A stretch of 57,431 nt of DNA from Ministeria vibrans ATCC 50519 (Eukaryota; Protista; Filasterea), in the NCBI GenBank assembly GCA_943704425.1, contig CALSCP010002583.1:1-57431 (forward strand), in the 5' to 3' direction. A program made the translations under genes and the position numbers. The notes beneath the pieces are model-generated. The model worked only from the letters and a program-made list of their open reading frames with translations, searched no databases and was not told the DNA's origin. Below are positions 35,582 to 46,248 of this stretch, piece by piece. Each line of letters begins with the position of its first letter. Positions within the stretch are counted from its first letter, which is position 1.

Positions 35582-35879
35582 TCAAATAAAAATTATAATA
35601 AAATTAAATTATTATGAATAATAATTATAATAATAATAATAATAATAATAATTATCAGCTCTTGACTCTCTATTTATTTTTCTAATAATGAAGATTACAT
35701 TCTTGTCTTGAAGTCTACGGCGGAAGTATTGTGCTGCTTTTTGCTTTGTATGTAGTTTTGTTTTGACATCAAGTACAGCTCTCGATTCTCTATTTTCGTA
35801 TTATTCTTTCATTATTTTGCTATTCTTTTGTTCTTGTACAATTTTACTTTCTTTAATGACTGTATGTCCTTTGTGGTTA

Positions 35880-36908
35880 CTAAGGGGCATACGGTGGCGG
35901 AGGAGTGTCGGGCACGGCGGGAGGCGGATACGGAGTGTTGACAAGTCGGTACATTTTGTGATCGCGCGCAACAATGGCAATGGTGCCGTCCGCACCCACG
36001 TCGGCATCCACAACGACAATGCGCGCCAGAGCCGCCAGGGGAGTCCAGCGGTAGACACCGAGTGCTTGGCCCGGAGCGGGCGTTCGCATGTGCGCCTTTC
36101 CCTCCTGTGTCCACACGAGCAATTGAGTGCACACGCGCGCTGCACCGCCCACCACGTTGCTCGGCGCACCCGCCATCTGTTTCCAGTCGCTTTTGCTTGC
36201 AATCCATTCGTACACATGCTTACGCGACTGTCCATTGATCTACAAATACACAGAGTCAACAAAAACTGAAACAAAGCCAAAAGGTAAAAGTGATTATCGT
36301 TCGTCTGAGCTTGAGTGGCGGTCAAGACTCAACGCGTACATCGTAAAAGTTGTTGTCTGCCGTCGCGATAAAGTGCGACGCTTCGCCGCGGTGCGGCTCC
36401 ATTCGTCTGAGGCGGGGATTCCAGATCAGGCACTTGTGGTCGGTGCCAATGGCAGTCACCTTGTCAGCCGACGTGACACACACTCGTCGCACCAACGGCG
36501 AGACGACTTCGGCCCAGACTCCGCGAGCAAACCTACCCATAGAAGGAACAGAGAAAGGCGGTGGTGGTGAGTGTGCTGTGGGGCGCACAGGGAGCGGAGC
36601 AAGGGCGCAGTGGCTCATACTGGAACGATCGCAGCTTGTTGTCCATGGAAATTGCCCAGAGTGCCCCGTCTGCTCCAATGGCAATGTCAATGGCTTTGCC
36701 AAGCTGCGCAACATGCTTCCACAGTGCCACTCGTGGGTCCCAGGCCCACGGAATGTTCTGAGCGTCGACTGGAAAGAGCGACCGGGAAAGTTTCACATAT
36801 TTCGCCAAGAGAAAATTTACCCAAACTCATACCGCACACCATTTGGCCAGAGGAGGCGCAGCTGATGCGCACAGCAGCACCAGGGATGAGTTCAACAACG
36901 GGGGGCAT
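35880..36908 (-). CDS. Tectonin-repeat-like beta-propeller protein with a C-terminal PPxY motif (multi-exon)
   Basis: IPGAAVRISCAS, W..WKHV...DIAIGADGALWAI, DADVGADGTIAIV repeats; ends PPPPYAP*. Confidence 0.6.
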
Positions 36909-36975
36909 AAAGAGCAAAAAAAAAAAAAAGAGAAATTGTCTAATCAGCTCACTTTCACAGTTTTACACACTTTTA

Positions 36976-37902
36976 ATGAACTTCGAAGACTCCCTCTCGT
37001 TGGCGTTGACGCTGGGACGTGCGTCGGCAGTGGCAAGCGACTGTGGTGCGATGGCGGTGGCTGTGCATGCAGCGGCCGTCTCGTACGGGTGGCGTGCGGA
37101 GGGAGGCAACGGCGAAAGCGTCGCGATGCTTCCCGCATCGTTTGCCGCCAACGACGGCCGGACGTTCACGCTCGAGTACCGGCGCGACCCCGGCGGCGAG
37201 CAGGCGACTGTTCTTGTGGTGTGTGTAGCGCGCGACGCCAACGTCGTGGTGAGCGTGTGTCGCAACAACGACAATCGCACTGTGTCAGTCGACCTCAAAC
37301 CGGTCGTGAACTTTGTCAATGCGGCGGCGTTTGCCACCGACAGCGACTCCTCGTGCGAGCCCGACTACACCAGCACGTACACGCTGCGGGTGCGTACGTT
37401 GCCCGACTTGCTCAAGAGTGTGCTTGGGTGCAACAAGAGCGACAGGAGTCATCCCACGACGACGACGACAACCACACCCTCACCTGCACAGCCTCGGCCG
37501 AGTGCACCCATGGCCGAGCCCGACGTGGACCCACTTAGAATAGGCAGACCCATGTACCCGGGTGGTGTGAATCCCTTCAACGTGGGCGGCGCCGATTTGG
37601 ATCCGCTTGGTGGTGGACCACTGCATGGCGGACCAGGTGGCGGCATGCTGGTGGGTCCCAACCACCCCATGTTTGCGGGCGGCGGCGGTGGCGGCGGCGT
37701 AGGAGGACTGGGTATGCCTGGACGTGGTGGTCCACACATGCCGCCTGGTGTGCCGCCAGGCGCTCGCTTTGACCCGTACGGTCCGCCCATGGGCGGTGGG
37801 CCACGGGGCGGACGCCCTGGGCGTGGTGGCCGCGGTGGCATTGGCGGCGACCCCGATCCGGATCACTTCCAGCCGCCCGACTATGGCAACATGTTCATGT
37901 AA
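36976..37902 (+). CDS. PSMF1: Proteasome inhibitor PI31
   Basis: FP domain (AVHA..V..GW); VGGADLDP, GGMLVGPNHP, PPGARFDPYGP, PDPDHFQPP...NMFM*. Confidence 0.92.
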   Translation: MNFEDSLSLALTLGRASAVASDCGAMAVAVHAAAVSYGWRAEGGNGESVAMLPASFAANDGRTFTLEYRRDPGGEQATVLVVCVARDANVVVSVCRNNDNRTVSVDLKPVVNFVNAAAFATDSDSSCEPDYTSTYTLRVRTLPDLLKSVLGCNKSDRSHPTTTTTTTPSPAQPRPSAPMAEPDVDPLRIGRPMYPGGVNPFNVGGADLDPLGGGPLHGGPGGGMLVGPNHPMFAGGGGGGGVGGLGMPGRGGPHMPPGVPPGARFDPYGPPMGGGPRGGRPGRGGRGGIGGDPDPDHFQPPDYGNMFM

Positions 37903-38190
37903 TAATAAATTTAAAATCTCTCAAACTGTTCCTGTTCGTCAGATTAGGATGCGTGTCTATTTGCACTTGTCTCTACAGACACAATTTTAAAGCGTCGTTT
38001 TCCGAGGCCCTTGCCTACTGGCTAGTCATCCCAAGTTTTCAAGTAATCCCAACGGCAACAAGGTGTGTTAGGCCGTTGATTTGGTTGCAGTGCACTTCAG
38101 ATTTTGAGTTCGACTGGAGTTTGACTTTTTTAGTTCGACTCATTTTCAGAACTGTTTCATTTCACAATTATTTTTGCGCAATCCCTCGCA

Positions 38191-40888
38191 ATGTCGTTTT
38201 TTGTGCCCACAGAAGTACTTCGACTTGAGACTAGACTAGAACAGTTGAAACAGGTGAGTTGCAAAGATACAAAATTGTGCGTGTCAATTGTCAACTCAAC
38301 ACACACACATTGCACGCTTGCCTGTATGCGTAGGCCGTGGTCGTGGCCGAGGATGTTCTCAGGAGGCTCGAACACAAGACTAAGAAGCACATTGTGAAAG
38401 AAGGTTTGAGCTGTCCAACAATAATTATCGTATTTTCCTCTCGACCCAAACTTAAAATAAAAAAAATTCCCCACACACAGCAACGCCATCGGGAAATCGC
38501 ACAGAGCCATGGACTGCAGATGACATTAGTGATGCGGAACTTGAGCATGGGTCTTCGGGACGCGTTGCAGGTGAGTTTGGAGCGTGTTTTTGGTTTTGGT
38601 GGTGGATGATGGTTTCTCTGTGTTTTTGTTTACAGTGGCGTTGCGCGCCTTGGCGAAGGACACGGGGCGCGCGACTGCTGTGGGAGTCACGTTGGAGGAT
38701 GTTGCTATTGCTCTTGAGTGTGCGGGGCGCGAGGAGCTGGCGTTTGAGAAGGAGGCATGGCGCGTCGTGTGCGCCCCACTAGTGCGTCTCAGGGAAGGCA
38801 TGCAGGAGCACAAGGCTGGCCTGAAGACGCTCGAAAAGCTGAAGCGGGTGGTTGACGCGAGGAAGAAGGAGCTTGCGCATGTGAACAACAGCACGAAGAG
38901 TGATCCGACGGAGCGCAGCTATCATGGCGAACTCGTTTTGCAAGCGTGTCGACCGTATCGCACGCAGCTCGAAGAGTGTTGCAAAGACATTGTGCGTGTC
39001 CTCGAGCTCTACGAAGACACCATCATGACCACGTTGCAGACGTTTCTCAAGTCGCAACATCGTCAGTTGCTTGGGTCGCGCAAGGGCGTCGAGGAGGTGC
39101 TTCGTCGAGTGATTATGCGCGGCGCCCAAGAGTCATTCGAGTCGGTCACGGGCGATTCGCGCGCTCGCGTCGAGGGACTTATGCGTGTGGTGGTCACCCA
39201 AGAGCACGCGAGCGACTCGCCACACGACTTACAACTACAGCAGGGTCAAACGGTGCTGGTGACGAACCAACGGGCGACGGGCATCGATGAGGGCACTGCC
39301 TACTACGAGGGAGTGGTTGCGGCCACACTTGAATCGGGCCGGTTCCCTGCGTCGTGTGTGGCGCCGTCGCTGACCACCGATGACGGTCTTCTCGTGCCCG
39401 TCGACCCATACCACCAGCACCAGCACCAGCAACAAGGGCCACTCCAGCAAGGCATGTTGTCACCCGTTGACTGCTCTCGTGCGCGCGCCAGCTCTGGAAC
39501 GAGCAGTCTCGATGGAAGTGGTCGTCTTTCGCGTCTCCTGGACACCACTGTGCTCGAGACGGAAGAAGAAGAGTACGCTGAGCAACTGAGAAATTGTGTT
39601 GCGCTGGCACTGCGTCTCATCAACTCGGCGCACCTCACAGCGCGACACACCTCGACAGCAATACCCTCGGAGTGTGGCAATACCCTCGGAGTGTGTCTCG
39701 CCAGTGGGCATGGGCGAGCGAGAGGCACGCGTGGCCTTTGTCAATGCAGCTGTGTATGTCATTGAGCGCGTGCGGCAGTGGGGGCGCGTGAGTATGCATG
39801 GCGTGGGCAACGTAGCCAGTTGCTACAGTGAGCTGGAGCAGAGCGTGGGTACCTTTGGGTCGTCAGGTGCCTTGTACGTGCAAGAGTGTGGTGCAGAGAG
39901 CGGAGCGGCACTCGATGAGATCACTGTGGCCTGTCGGGGCTGTCTCTATAGTATTCGTGCCCTTTCGTATGCCTGTCAGAATGGCACTGTGGCGCGTGGT
40001 GCGGTCCAGCGCGAGATCAAGAACACATCGGAGTACTTTGGTGATCTGCTGGACATCCTCGAGAAGATGCACAATGACCAAAGTGGCGGCGGGGCAGTAC
40101 AGTCAGAACAACAACAACAACCACCACCACCATCTGTGACAACCGTGGGTGCGCCTCCTCCCTCTTCTCAGCCGCCCCCTTACTCCTTGTTCAAGTCAAA
40201 TCCAACTCCAAGTGCAACAGCAGCGACTCCGATCGGTGAGATGGGTCCCTCTGCCGTCTATGATCGCGTTCAACCACACCCTTCCTCTGCTGCTGCTGCT
40301 GCTGTTGCCATGATCATCCCTGCTACTGCTACCACTACTACCACCGCTGGTGGCTTACCTGCTCAGTTCACCCCATCACTTGAAGACGTGACTCGGACCA
40401 AGCAACGCATGCAGATTGAGCGTCAACGCGCCTACGAAGAGCAAAAGCGTCTCGAAGAAGAGCAGAACCGTCAAAAGGAGCTGGCACGCCTGCATCAACA
40501 ACAACAGCAACAACAGAACAGCGGACTGCAGCTCTTCCCCACTTTCAACACTGACTACGCCCCAATCACTCGCCCAAACAACCCTGATCCTATTCCAGTC
40601 GTACCTACCCAACCAATGCCTACTGATGAGTTCTACCGCGACGATACACAGTCCATCTACGATCCTGTTGCCACTGACGACTCCACTTACGACTACCCTC
40701 TCTCACACACACACATTCCACCCACTCACACCAGTGACATTGTGCTTCCCTCTCCACCCGTCGACTCTCCAATCACTCCCAACCTTCCTTCTCTTCCCTC
40801 CGACTCCTTTCCCTCTCCTTCTTCTTCCTTGCCCACAATTGACGATGAGAGTCTCGAAATGCGCTTTCAGCGACTCAAAAATAAATAG
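38191..40888 (+). CDS. BAR-like coiled coil + SH3 + helical bundle + Pro/Tyr-rich tail adaptor; frameshifted by a 19-bp duplication at 39658-39695
   Basis: Short 5' exons; BAR-like helices; SH3-like (HASDSPHDLQLQQGQTVLV...YYEG...SGRFPASCV); ends DDESLEMRFQRLKNK*. Confidence 0.65.
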
Positions 40889-40926
40889 AAATACAAACAA
40901 TATTAAAAAAAATTTATTGATACAGC

Positions 40927-43782
40927 TCATCTCCAAACACGCGCCAGAACTGCAGCAGTCACAAACACCATAAAAGATGAGTACGCCGCGACGCGTCGCG
41001 TAGACAAAACATTAAAATTGGGAGGGACAGGCCGTGATTGTGCACCGCTATTAATACTGTGGCTGTGGGCCTCTTCTGCTCCCCCTCTCGTGCCCTCGAG
41101 GAGAAGGTTGGGCTCCAACTCGGGCGGTCGTTCTTCTCTCCCTGGCTCAAGTGCGTTTTGGGGTACTTCTGTTGTGGCAACGACGTGTAGGTCGAGGGCG
41201 GTCATGGAGTGCGGGCGAGAGTCGCTGAGGAGGCACTGGAAGAGAATGAGCGCGAGTCGAAGCGAGAGAGCATTGATCGTCGTCGCGTCGGTGCGAGAAG
41301 CATTTGCAGCGCCAGGTGACTGTGCTTGACAATCCGGAGTGTTCTCGTATGTCCCAACAATGGCCCGCTCAAGCCGTCCTGTCCGCCTGCATATATTTTC
41401 GCAACGGCAGCCATAGGTTGTCGCGCCTACAATATTGAGGTCGTCACCCAAACGCGCCGTACAAATTTCAACCGCGCTCTTGTACGACTCGGCCGCAAAC
41501 GTATCGTCGTCCAGGGCCATAAATACGTTCCCTAGTTCCGTCAATGCCTCAGCCGCAAGAAGGGAGTTCTGGTCGGCAATGCAGCGGCACGCACACGCTG
41601 CAGCAAGCAAAGCAGCCGAAAGATTCTTCAGGGTGCGCCACATACGACTGAGTCGGATGCCAAGCCATACCACAGCCTCGTCCTCCCCATCCATCGACAC
41701 AATGTCTCCGGCGCACAGAGTCACCATCAGCCGCATTCCTTCTGTGCCCACGCGTCGACTCCACTCCTCATCACGCCTGACCTTCTCCGCATCGTCAATC
41801 TGCCCTTGCAACACCACAGCCGCCAACTCAACGGCACACCGCATCTCCTCATCGTTCTCAAACGCACTCGCAAGGCACTCGTCCCGTCTCGACTGCGGCA
41901 AAAGAACGGCTACACGAGACAACGTGTGCACCACTTTGTAGTGATGGAGCAAACCCAATGCAATCTCAACGACACCTTCGCCCTTGGCTCGCTTCGCCTG
42001 TTCCCCGTCGCCCGTCACCAGCAGACGTACCACGTCCATGTGCACCTCAAAGCCAGCGAACAGACCCAGTAGTCCAACAAGCTTCTTCTTCACCGTCGCG
42101 TCTCCTCGAGGGTCCTCCAGGGCTCCACGCACACACATCTGCGCTGAACTGGGTGCCGCCTGCGATACCATTTTTGTCAGCGAGATAGCTTGCTGGTCCA
42201 CCTGCGCCACCATTGACTTCAACTCCTCTTCTGGGCCGCCCGCCAAAAGACTTCGCAGATACTCGACAGCCTCGCCGCCCGTAAATGGCGCCACTTTCAA
42301 GGGAGCCTTCGTCTCGAGCAGATCCGTGACTTCCTGCTCACACGTTGAAAGCATCTTTCCCGCCGACGAAAAGAGTGCATGCATTTTTTCCGCTATCTCA
42401 TCACAGCCGTCAATGACCATCAACCAGCGGCGTTCGCACAGCAACCATTTCTCCAGTGCATCCACACGCGTACCAGCACCCACAACGTCCCCAACCGCAA
42501 GGGAGAGGTACTGCACGACCGCATCAAACGACTCGGAAAGTGACTGTGAATTCGTGCCGTCGAGCCAGAAGACGTATTGGTACAGGTGTGCGTTGCGTCT
42601 TGCATACTCAACGGCCAACGCAGTCTTCAGCATGGTGCCCGACGCAGATAAAACCACGATCGCTTCCTTTTCGAGACGCTCCTTGATATTAGCCAGGTCT
42701 TCCTCACGCTCCAGAGTTGACATGGGCAACGCAGGGACCATAGCAAGCTTGTCAAACTCGGTGTAGTCGTGGTTCACCACCACAAACTCGCCCGTGTTCT
42801 CGTGCTCGCGCCATGGCAGTCGACCCAGTATGGATGTCATGCGAAACGCGACAAAGTCATTGCGAACGTTTTCGTCAGTGCTTTCGCCCCCATCAACGGC
42901 CAGCGCGTCGGACATGAGCTCATCGACTTTGTCCGCCAAGCATCCAATGGTCGCCCAGAGCGCCGGTCCCTCTTTTGCGCGTACAAAGGCGCTACCGTTC
43001 CAGGCGGGGCGCAGCCAGGCGTTTCGCAACGCCGTGTGCATTATCGTGCCCGTACAGTGGCAATATCCGAAGAAGGCGCGGGGCACGGACGCCAAGCAGT
43101 GGCAAGACCCGTGACTCTGGTGCGCTCTCAGCTGTGGTATGCTAGTGCCTCTGGCCCGCAAAGATGCACACTGTTTGTCTACCGCACCACCCGAGTGGCA
43201 GGTGTCGAGTATCAGCAAGATTCGTCCCCAGCGGTCAGACGTGTCGACCTGCAAGTCATCATGCAGCTGGTCGACGGTGTAGGCTCCCTCGTAGTACAAA
43301 TCCTCATCGACAGTACCGTCGTCGTTGATCACGGTCCGCTGGTAGCAGCGAGTGTCGGCAAAGGCAGCACCGTACGACCCGTTGTCGTTGAGAAGGCCGT
43401 GCGAGCAGACGTACACGACAAGTTCATCGCGTTCCGGTGCGCATTGCGGGTGCATGAGAGCAAGGGCGTCAATCGCCTCGAGGATGTTCGCATGCCCCGA
43501 AGGCTCCTGTCGCCACTGGAGGCTGCCAGTGTCGACAGCGGCGACTGCAGCGTCGGCATACATTTGCTCATCCGCATCGCTGTCAGGAAAGGCAGACTCT
43601 GACAGCGCCATGGGCGTGTCGGCGAGCACGAGAACCTTGTAGTCGTTGTGGACAAGGTCAACTGCCATGTTGCGCGCGGAGGGGCCGACGCCTTGCAGCG
43701 GGTCGAGGGAAAGTTGTTGAGGGTCGAATAGTCCCCGGCTGATGACGAGAGCGTACTTTCTCTCACCGTACTTGCCATGCAT
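40927..43782 (-). CDS. Intronless caspase-like (clan CD) + NB-ARC-like NTPase + TPR protein (NLR/STAND-like), 951 aa
   Basis: KYALVIS, LVVYVCSHG (His), ILLILDTCHSG (Cys); REEDLANIKERL...IVVLSASGTMLKTALAVEYARR...YQYVFWLDG; RWLMVIDGCD; TPR AEALTELGNVF...AAESYKSAVEI. Confidence 0.82.
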   Translation of the reverse strand: MHGKYGERKYALVISRGLFDPQQLSLDPLQGVGPSARNMAVDLVHNDYKVLVLADTPMALSESAFPDSDADEQMYADAAVAAVDTGSLQWRQEPSGHANILEAIDALALMHPQCAPERDELVVYVCSHGLLNDNGSYGAAFADTRCYQRTVINDDGTVDEDLYYEGAYTVDQLHDDLQVDTSDRWGRILLILDTCHSGGAVDKQCASLRARGTSIPQLRAHQSHGSCHCLASVPRAFFGYCHCTGTIMHTALRNAWLRPAWNGSAFVRAKEGPALWATIGCLADKVDELMSDALAVDGGESTDENVRNDFVAFRMTSILGRLPWREHENTGEFVVVNHDYTEFDKLAMVPALPMSTLEREEDLANIKERLEKEAIVVLSASGTMLKTALAVEYARRNAHLYQYVFWLDGTNSQSLSESFDAVVQYLSLAVGDVVGAGTRVDALEKWLLCERRWLMVIDGCDEIAEKMHALFSSAGKMLSTCEQEVTDLLETKAPLKVAPFTGGEAVEYLRSLLAGGPEEELKSMVAQVDQQAISLTKMVSQAAPSSAQMCVRGALEDPRGDATVKKKLVGLLGLFAGFEVHMDVVRLLVTGDGEQAKRAKGEGVVEIALGLLHHYKVVHTLSRVAVLLPQSRRDECLASAFENDEEMRCAVELAAVVLQGQIDDAEKVRRDEEWSRRVGTEGMRLMVTLCAGDIVSMDGEDEAVVWLGIRLSRMWRTLKNLSAALLAAACACRCIADQNSLLAAEALTELGNVFMALDDDTFAAESYKSAVEICTARLGDDLNIVGATTYGCRCENICRRTGRLERAIVGTYENTPDCQAQSPGAANASRTDATTINALSLRLALILFQCLLSDSRPHSMTALDLHVVATTEVPQNALEPGREERPPELEPNLLLEGTRGGAEEAHSHSINSGAQSRPVPPNFNVLSTRRVAAYSSFMVFVTAAVLARVWR

Positions 43783-44000
43783 GGGGACACAAGAAAGATT
43801 GTAAATCTATAGGCTGTGAGCGAGAGAGGCAGGCGAAAGAAAGGCTGTTTGAATAAATAATAATAATTTTGATAAAATTGCATTTTAATCGACAGAACGT
43901 CAAAAAACAAAATCACTCATTGACTCATTCTTTACTCTTCAATCGTAAGCTGCCACTCGTGACCAATTTGAACGTGCTTTTTTCTTCACTCACTGCTTCC

Positions 44001-46067
44001 ATGGAGGACGAGGTACGTTGAAGGAAGGGCAGTTTTGATGCGTTGCTGAGTGTGTTTGTCTTTCGCAGACCAACTCAACTTCGACCTTTGCTCTGGATGT
44101 CCTCGTGGGGTCATTTGCTCCTCGACCAACAATCCAAGCAAGGCTGCCTCTTCGACTACCGGCCGTCGCGTTGCGCTTTCTCGATTTTCCGTCACTCATT
44201 GTCAGAAGTGTCACCGTTGAGCACTCCAATCGTCTTCGCGCCAAATTCGATGCACTGACGCCGCGCGATGGCCTTTCTCGAGCCGACGAGGAGTCCCTTT
44301 TGTTTACTGAGCTGCTCGAAGCCCTCCAGGCTCCGTCGGGTGAGCCAGGATCAATTAGTTTCAATCGAGGCAAATCAACCGTTTTCAAAATGTCACTGAG
44401 CGCTCTTCGCACCCGTCTGCGCTCCATTCCCCTCTACCTCATGATCACCGACGTATGGGACGAGCAGAGGCCCGCTGTGCTTGCCAGTAGCTCCGTCAAC
44501 ATTGCCGTCTTGGCCACACGAGTGCATCAGTAACACATGTTTCTCACGCACAGAAATGAATTGTTTTGATAAGATTCTTTGCATATATAGGAGCACTCCT
44601 GGAAGCGCCGTGGAGGAAGGACGTGTCCCGGTACTTTCTATGATGGGCGAGGAGGTGGGCACTTTGACGATTCGCGTGAGACTTAGTTCGTTGGGCACTC
44701 TGTCGGCGCTCACGATCACGCCAATGTCTCACCAAGGCATTGGTGTGTCCCCATCGTCACGACGACAATCGCTGCGCTCGGGGAAGCCAGAGACAAATGC
44801 TCAAAGAGAGGACGCTTATCTGATGGCTGCTGTCGTGAACAACCGACCGGTCGCCGAGCAACTCGACAGCGAGCAGTCCGAAGAGAGCACCTTCCGGCCG
44901 CCCACCCTTTACTACGAAGGCACGAACGACACCCAACCCACACCGAAACTGTACCGATCACAAGAGGCAACGCCCGTGGCTTTGGTACAAGCACAAAAAG
45001 ACGAAGAAGTGGAGGAGAACACGAAGAATGCGGGGCGGGGTGGAAGGATCTCGCTGAGGGACCAAGCTACGTCGCCCGTCACTTTCACACCCGAAAAAAA
45101 ATCGCCATCGCAGCCATGCTTTTCCCCTTTCCTCTTCTTCCGCTCCACAACGACACTCACCCCATTGCTTGATTCCATCCGAAGCGAACTCGAAGTAGTG
45201 CGCTCACGCGAGTATGCACAGGCACTTCTCCAGCGAGAAGAAGAAGCTTTGGACCAATCACCGCGACACAGTACCCACACGCCCCTCATGCGAACTTCCA
45301 CATACACTACCCACCACGATTTGACCCCGGCGGAATCCACTGCGCCCCCATCTCCTCAAGCAGACCTTGCATTAGGACAGCACATTCACACTATCGACTC
45401 CCTCATGGGCTCCTCTGCCAGTGTCTCGCAAACGTCCATGGTGTCGTTCTTTGCCTCTGCCACAGCTCCATTGCTCTGTAATCAGTCACACTACTCACAC
45501 TCACATCTTGAAGGCGAAGGAGAAAACTACTCGCAATCAGACTTTGAGGACAAAAGAGAGAGAAACGTGAAGGGGGAGGAGGAGGATACACGAACCATTG
45601 TCTCACCATCACGGCCTGGGTCTCGACTTCTCTCGCACGTCCAGATGTCACTCGACGACTCATTTGCACAACGAGAGGTTCACTCGCTTAGTCCCACAGC
45701 ACTCTCGCAAGACTCGCTCAACGACAGTCTTGAGAGTGGCCTGGGGATGCCTCGTCCCTCGGCTGCCATGGTTGCGGTGGCTCGGTCGGTACTCGAAGAA
45801 GAAGTAGAAGAAGAAGACGAGTATGAGTATAAGGAGGACTTTGAAGTAAACTCGGAGGAAGAAGAAGAACAAGATGATAATGATGATGATGATGATAAGA
45901 TGTTTGAAGAGGAGTTTGAATATGAGAGTGATGATGATGACGATATTGAGCACGAACTGAGTATGAGCATTGCCGAGTCGATTCGATCTCACTTCAGTGG
46001 AGGAAGTATGTCGGAGGAAGGGAGAGACAACATTGAGGAGCTATTCAGCAGTGACGATGCTTTTTGA
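44001..46067 (+). CDS. MAP10: Microtubule-associated protein 10-like (N-terminal C2-like domain, acidic tail), at least 3 exons
   Basis: FALDVLV, PAVALRFLDFPSLIV, FNRGKSTVF, LRSIPLYLMI, GEEVGTLTIRVRLSSLG. Confidence 0.72.
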
Positions 46068-46248
46068 GATTGTAAATTTGTAATCAATCATGTATTATAT
46101 ATACAGAGAGTAGTAAAATAATTAGAAATAAACAATAATCATCTCCACTAAAGTTAAAGTATAAAAATAAAATACATAATTATAAAGTTTGCGTGATTGC
46201 CCTTTTTCTTTTTTTTCTTTTTTTGCATCAAGAGAACACAAAAAATTA

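Noticed and set aside
36571-36975. 135-aa N-terminal extension of PI31
   Set aside because: It overlaps the opposite-strand propeller gene and an A-rich promoter; PI31 similarity starts at ATG 36976.
41958-43642. Plus-strand ORFs opposite the caspase-NB-ARC gene
   Set aside because: Antisense shadows without motifs.
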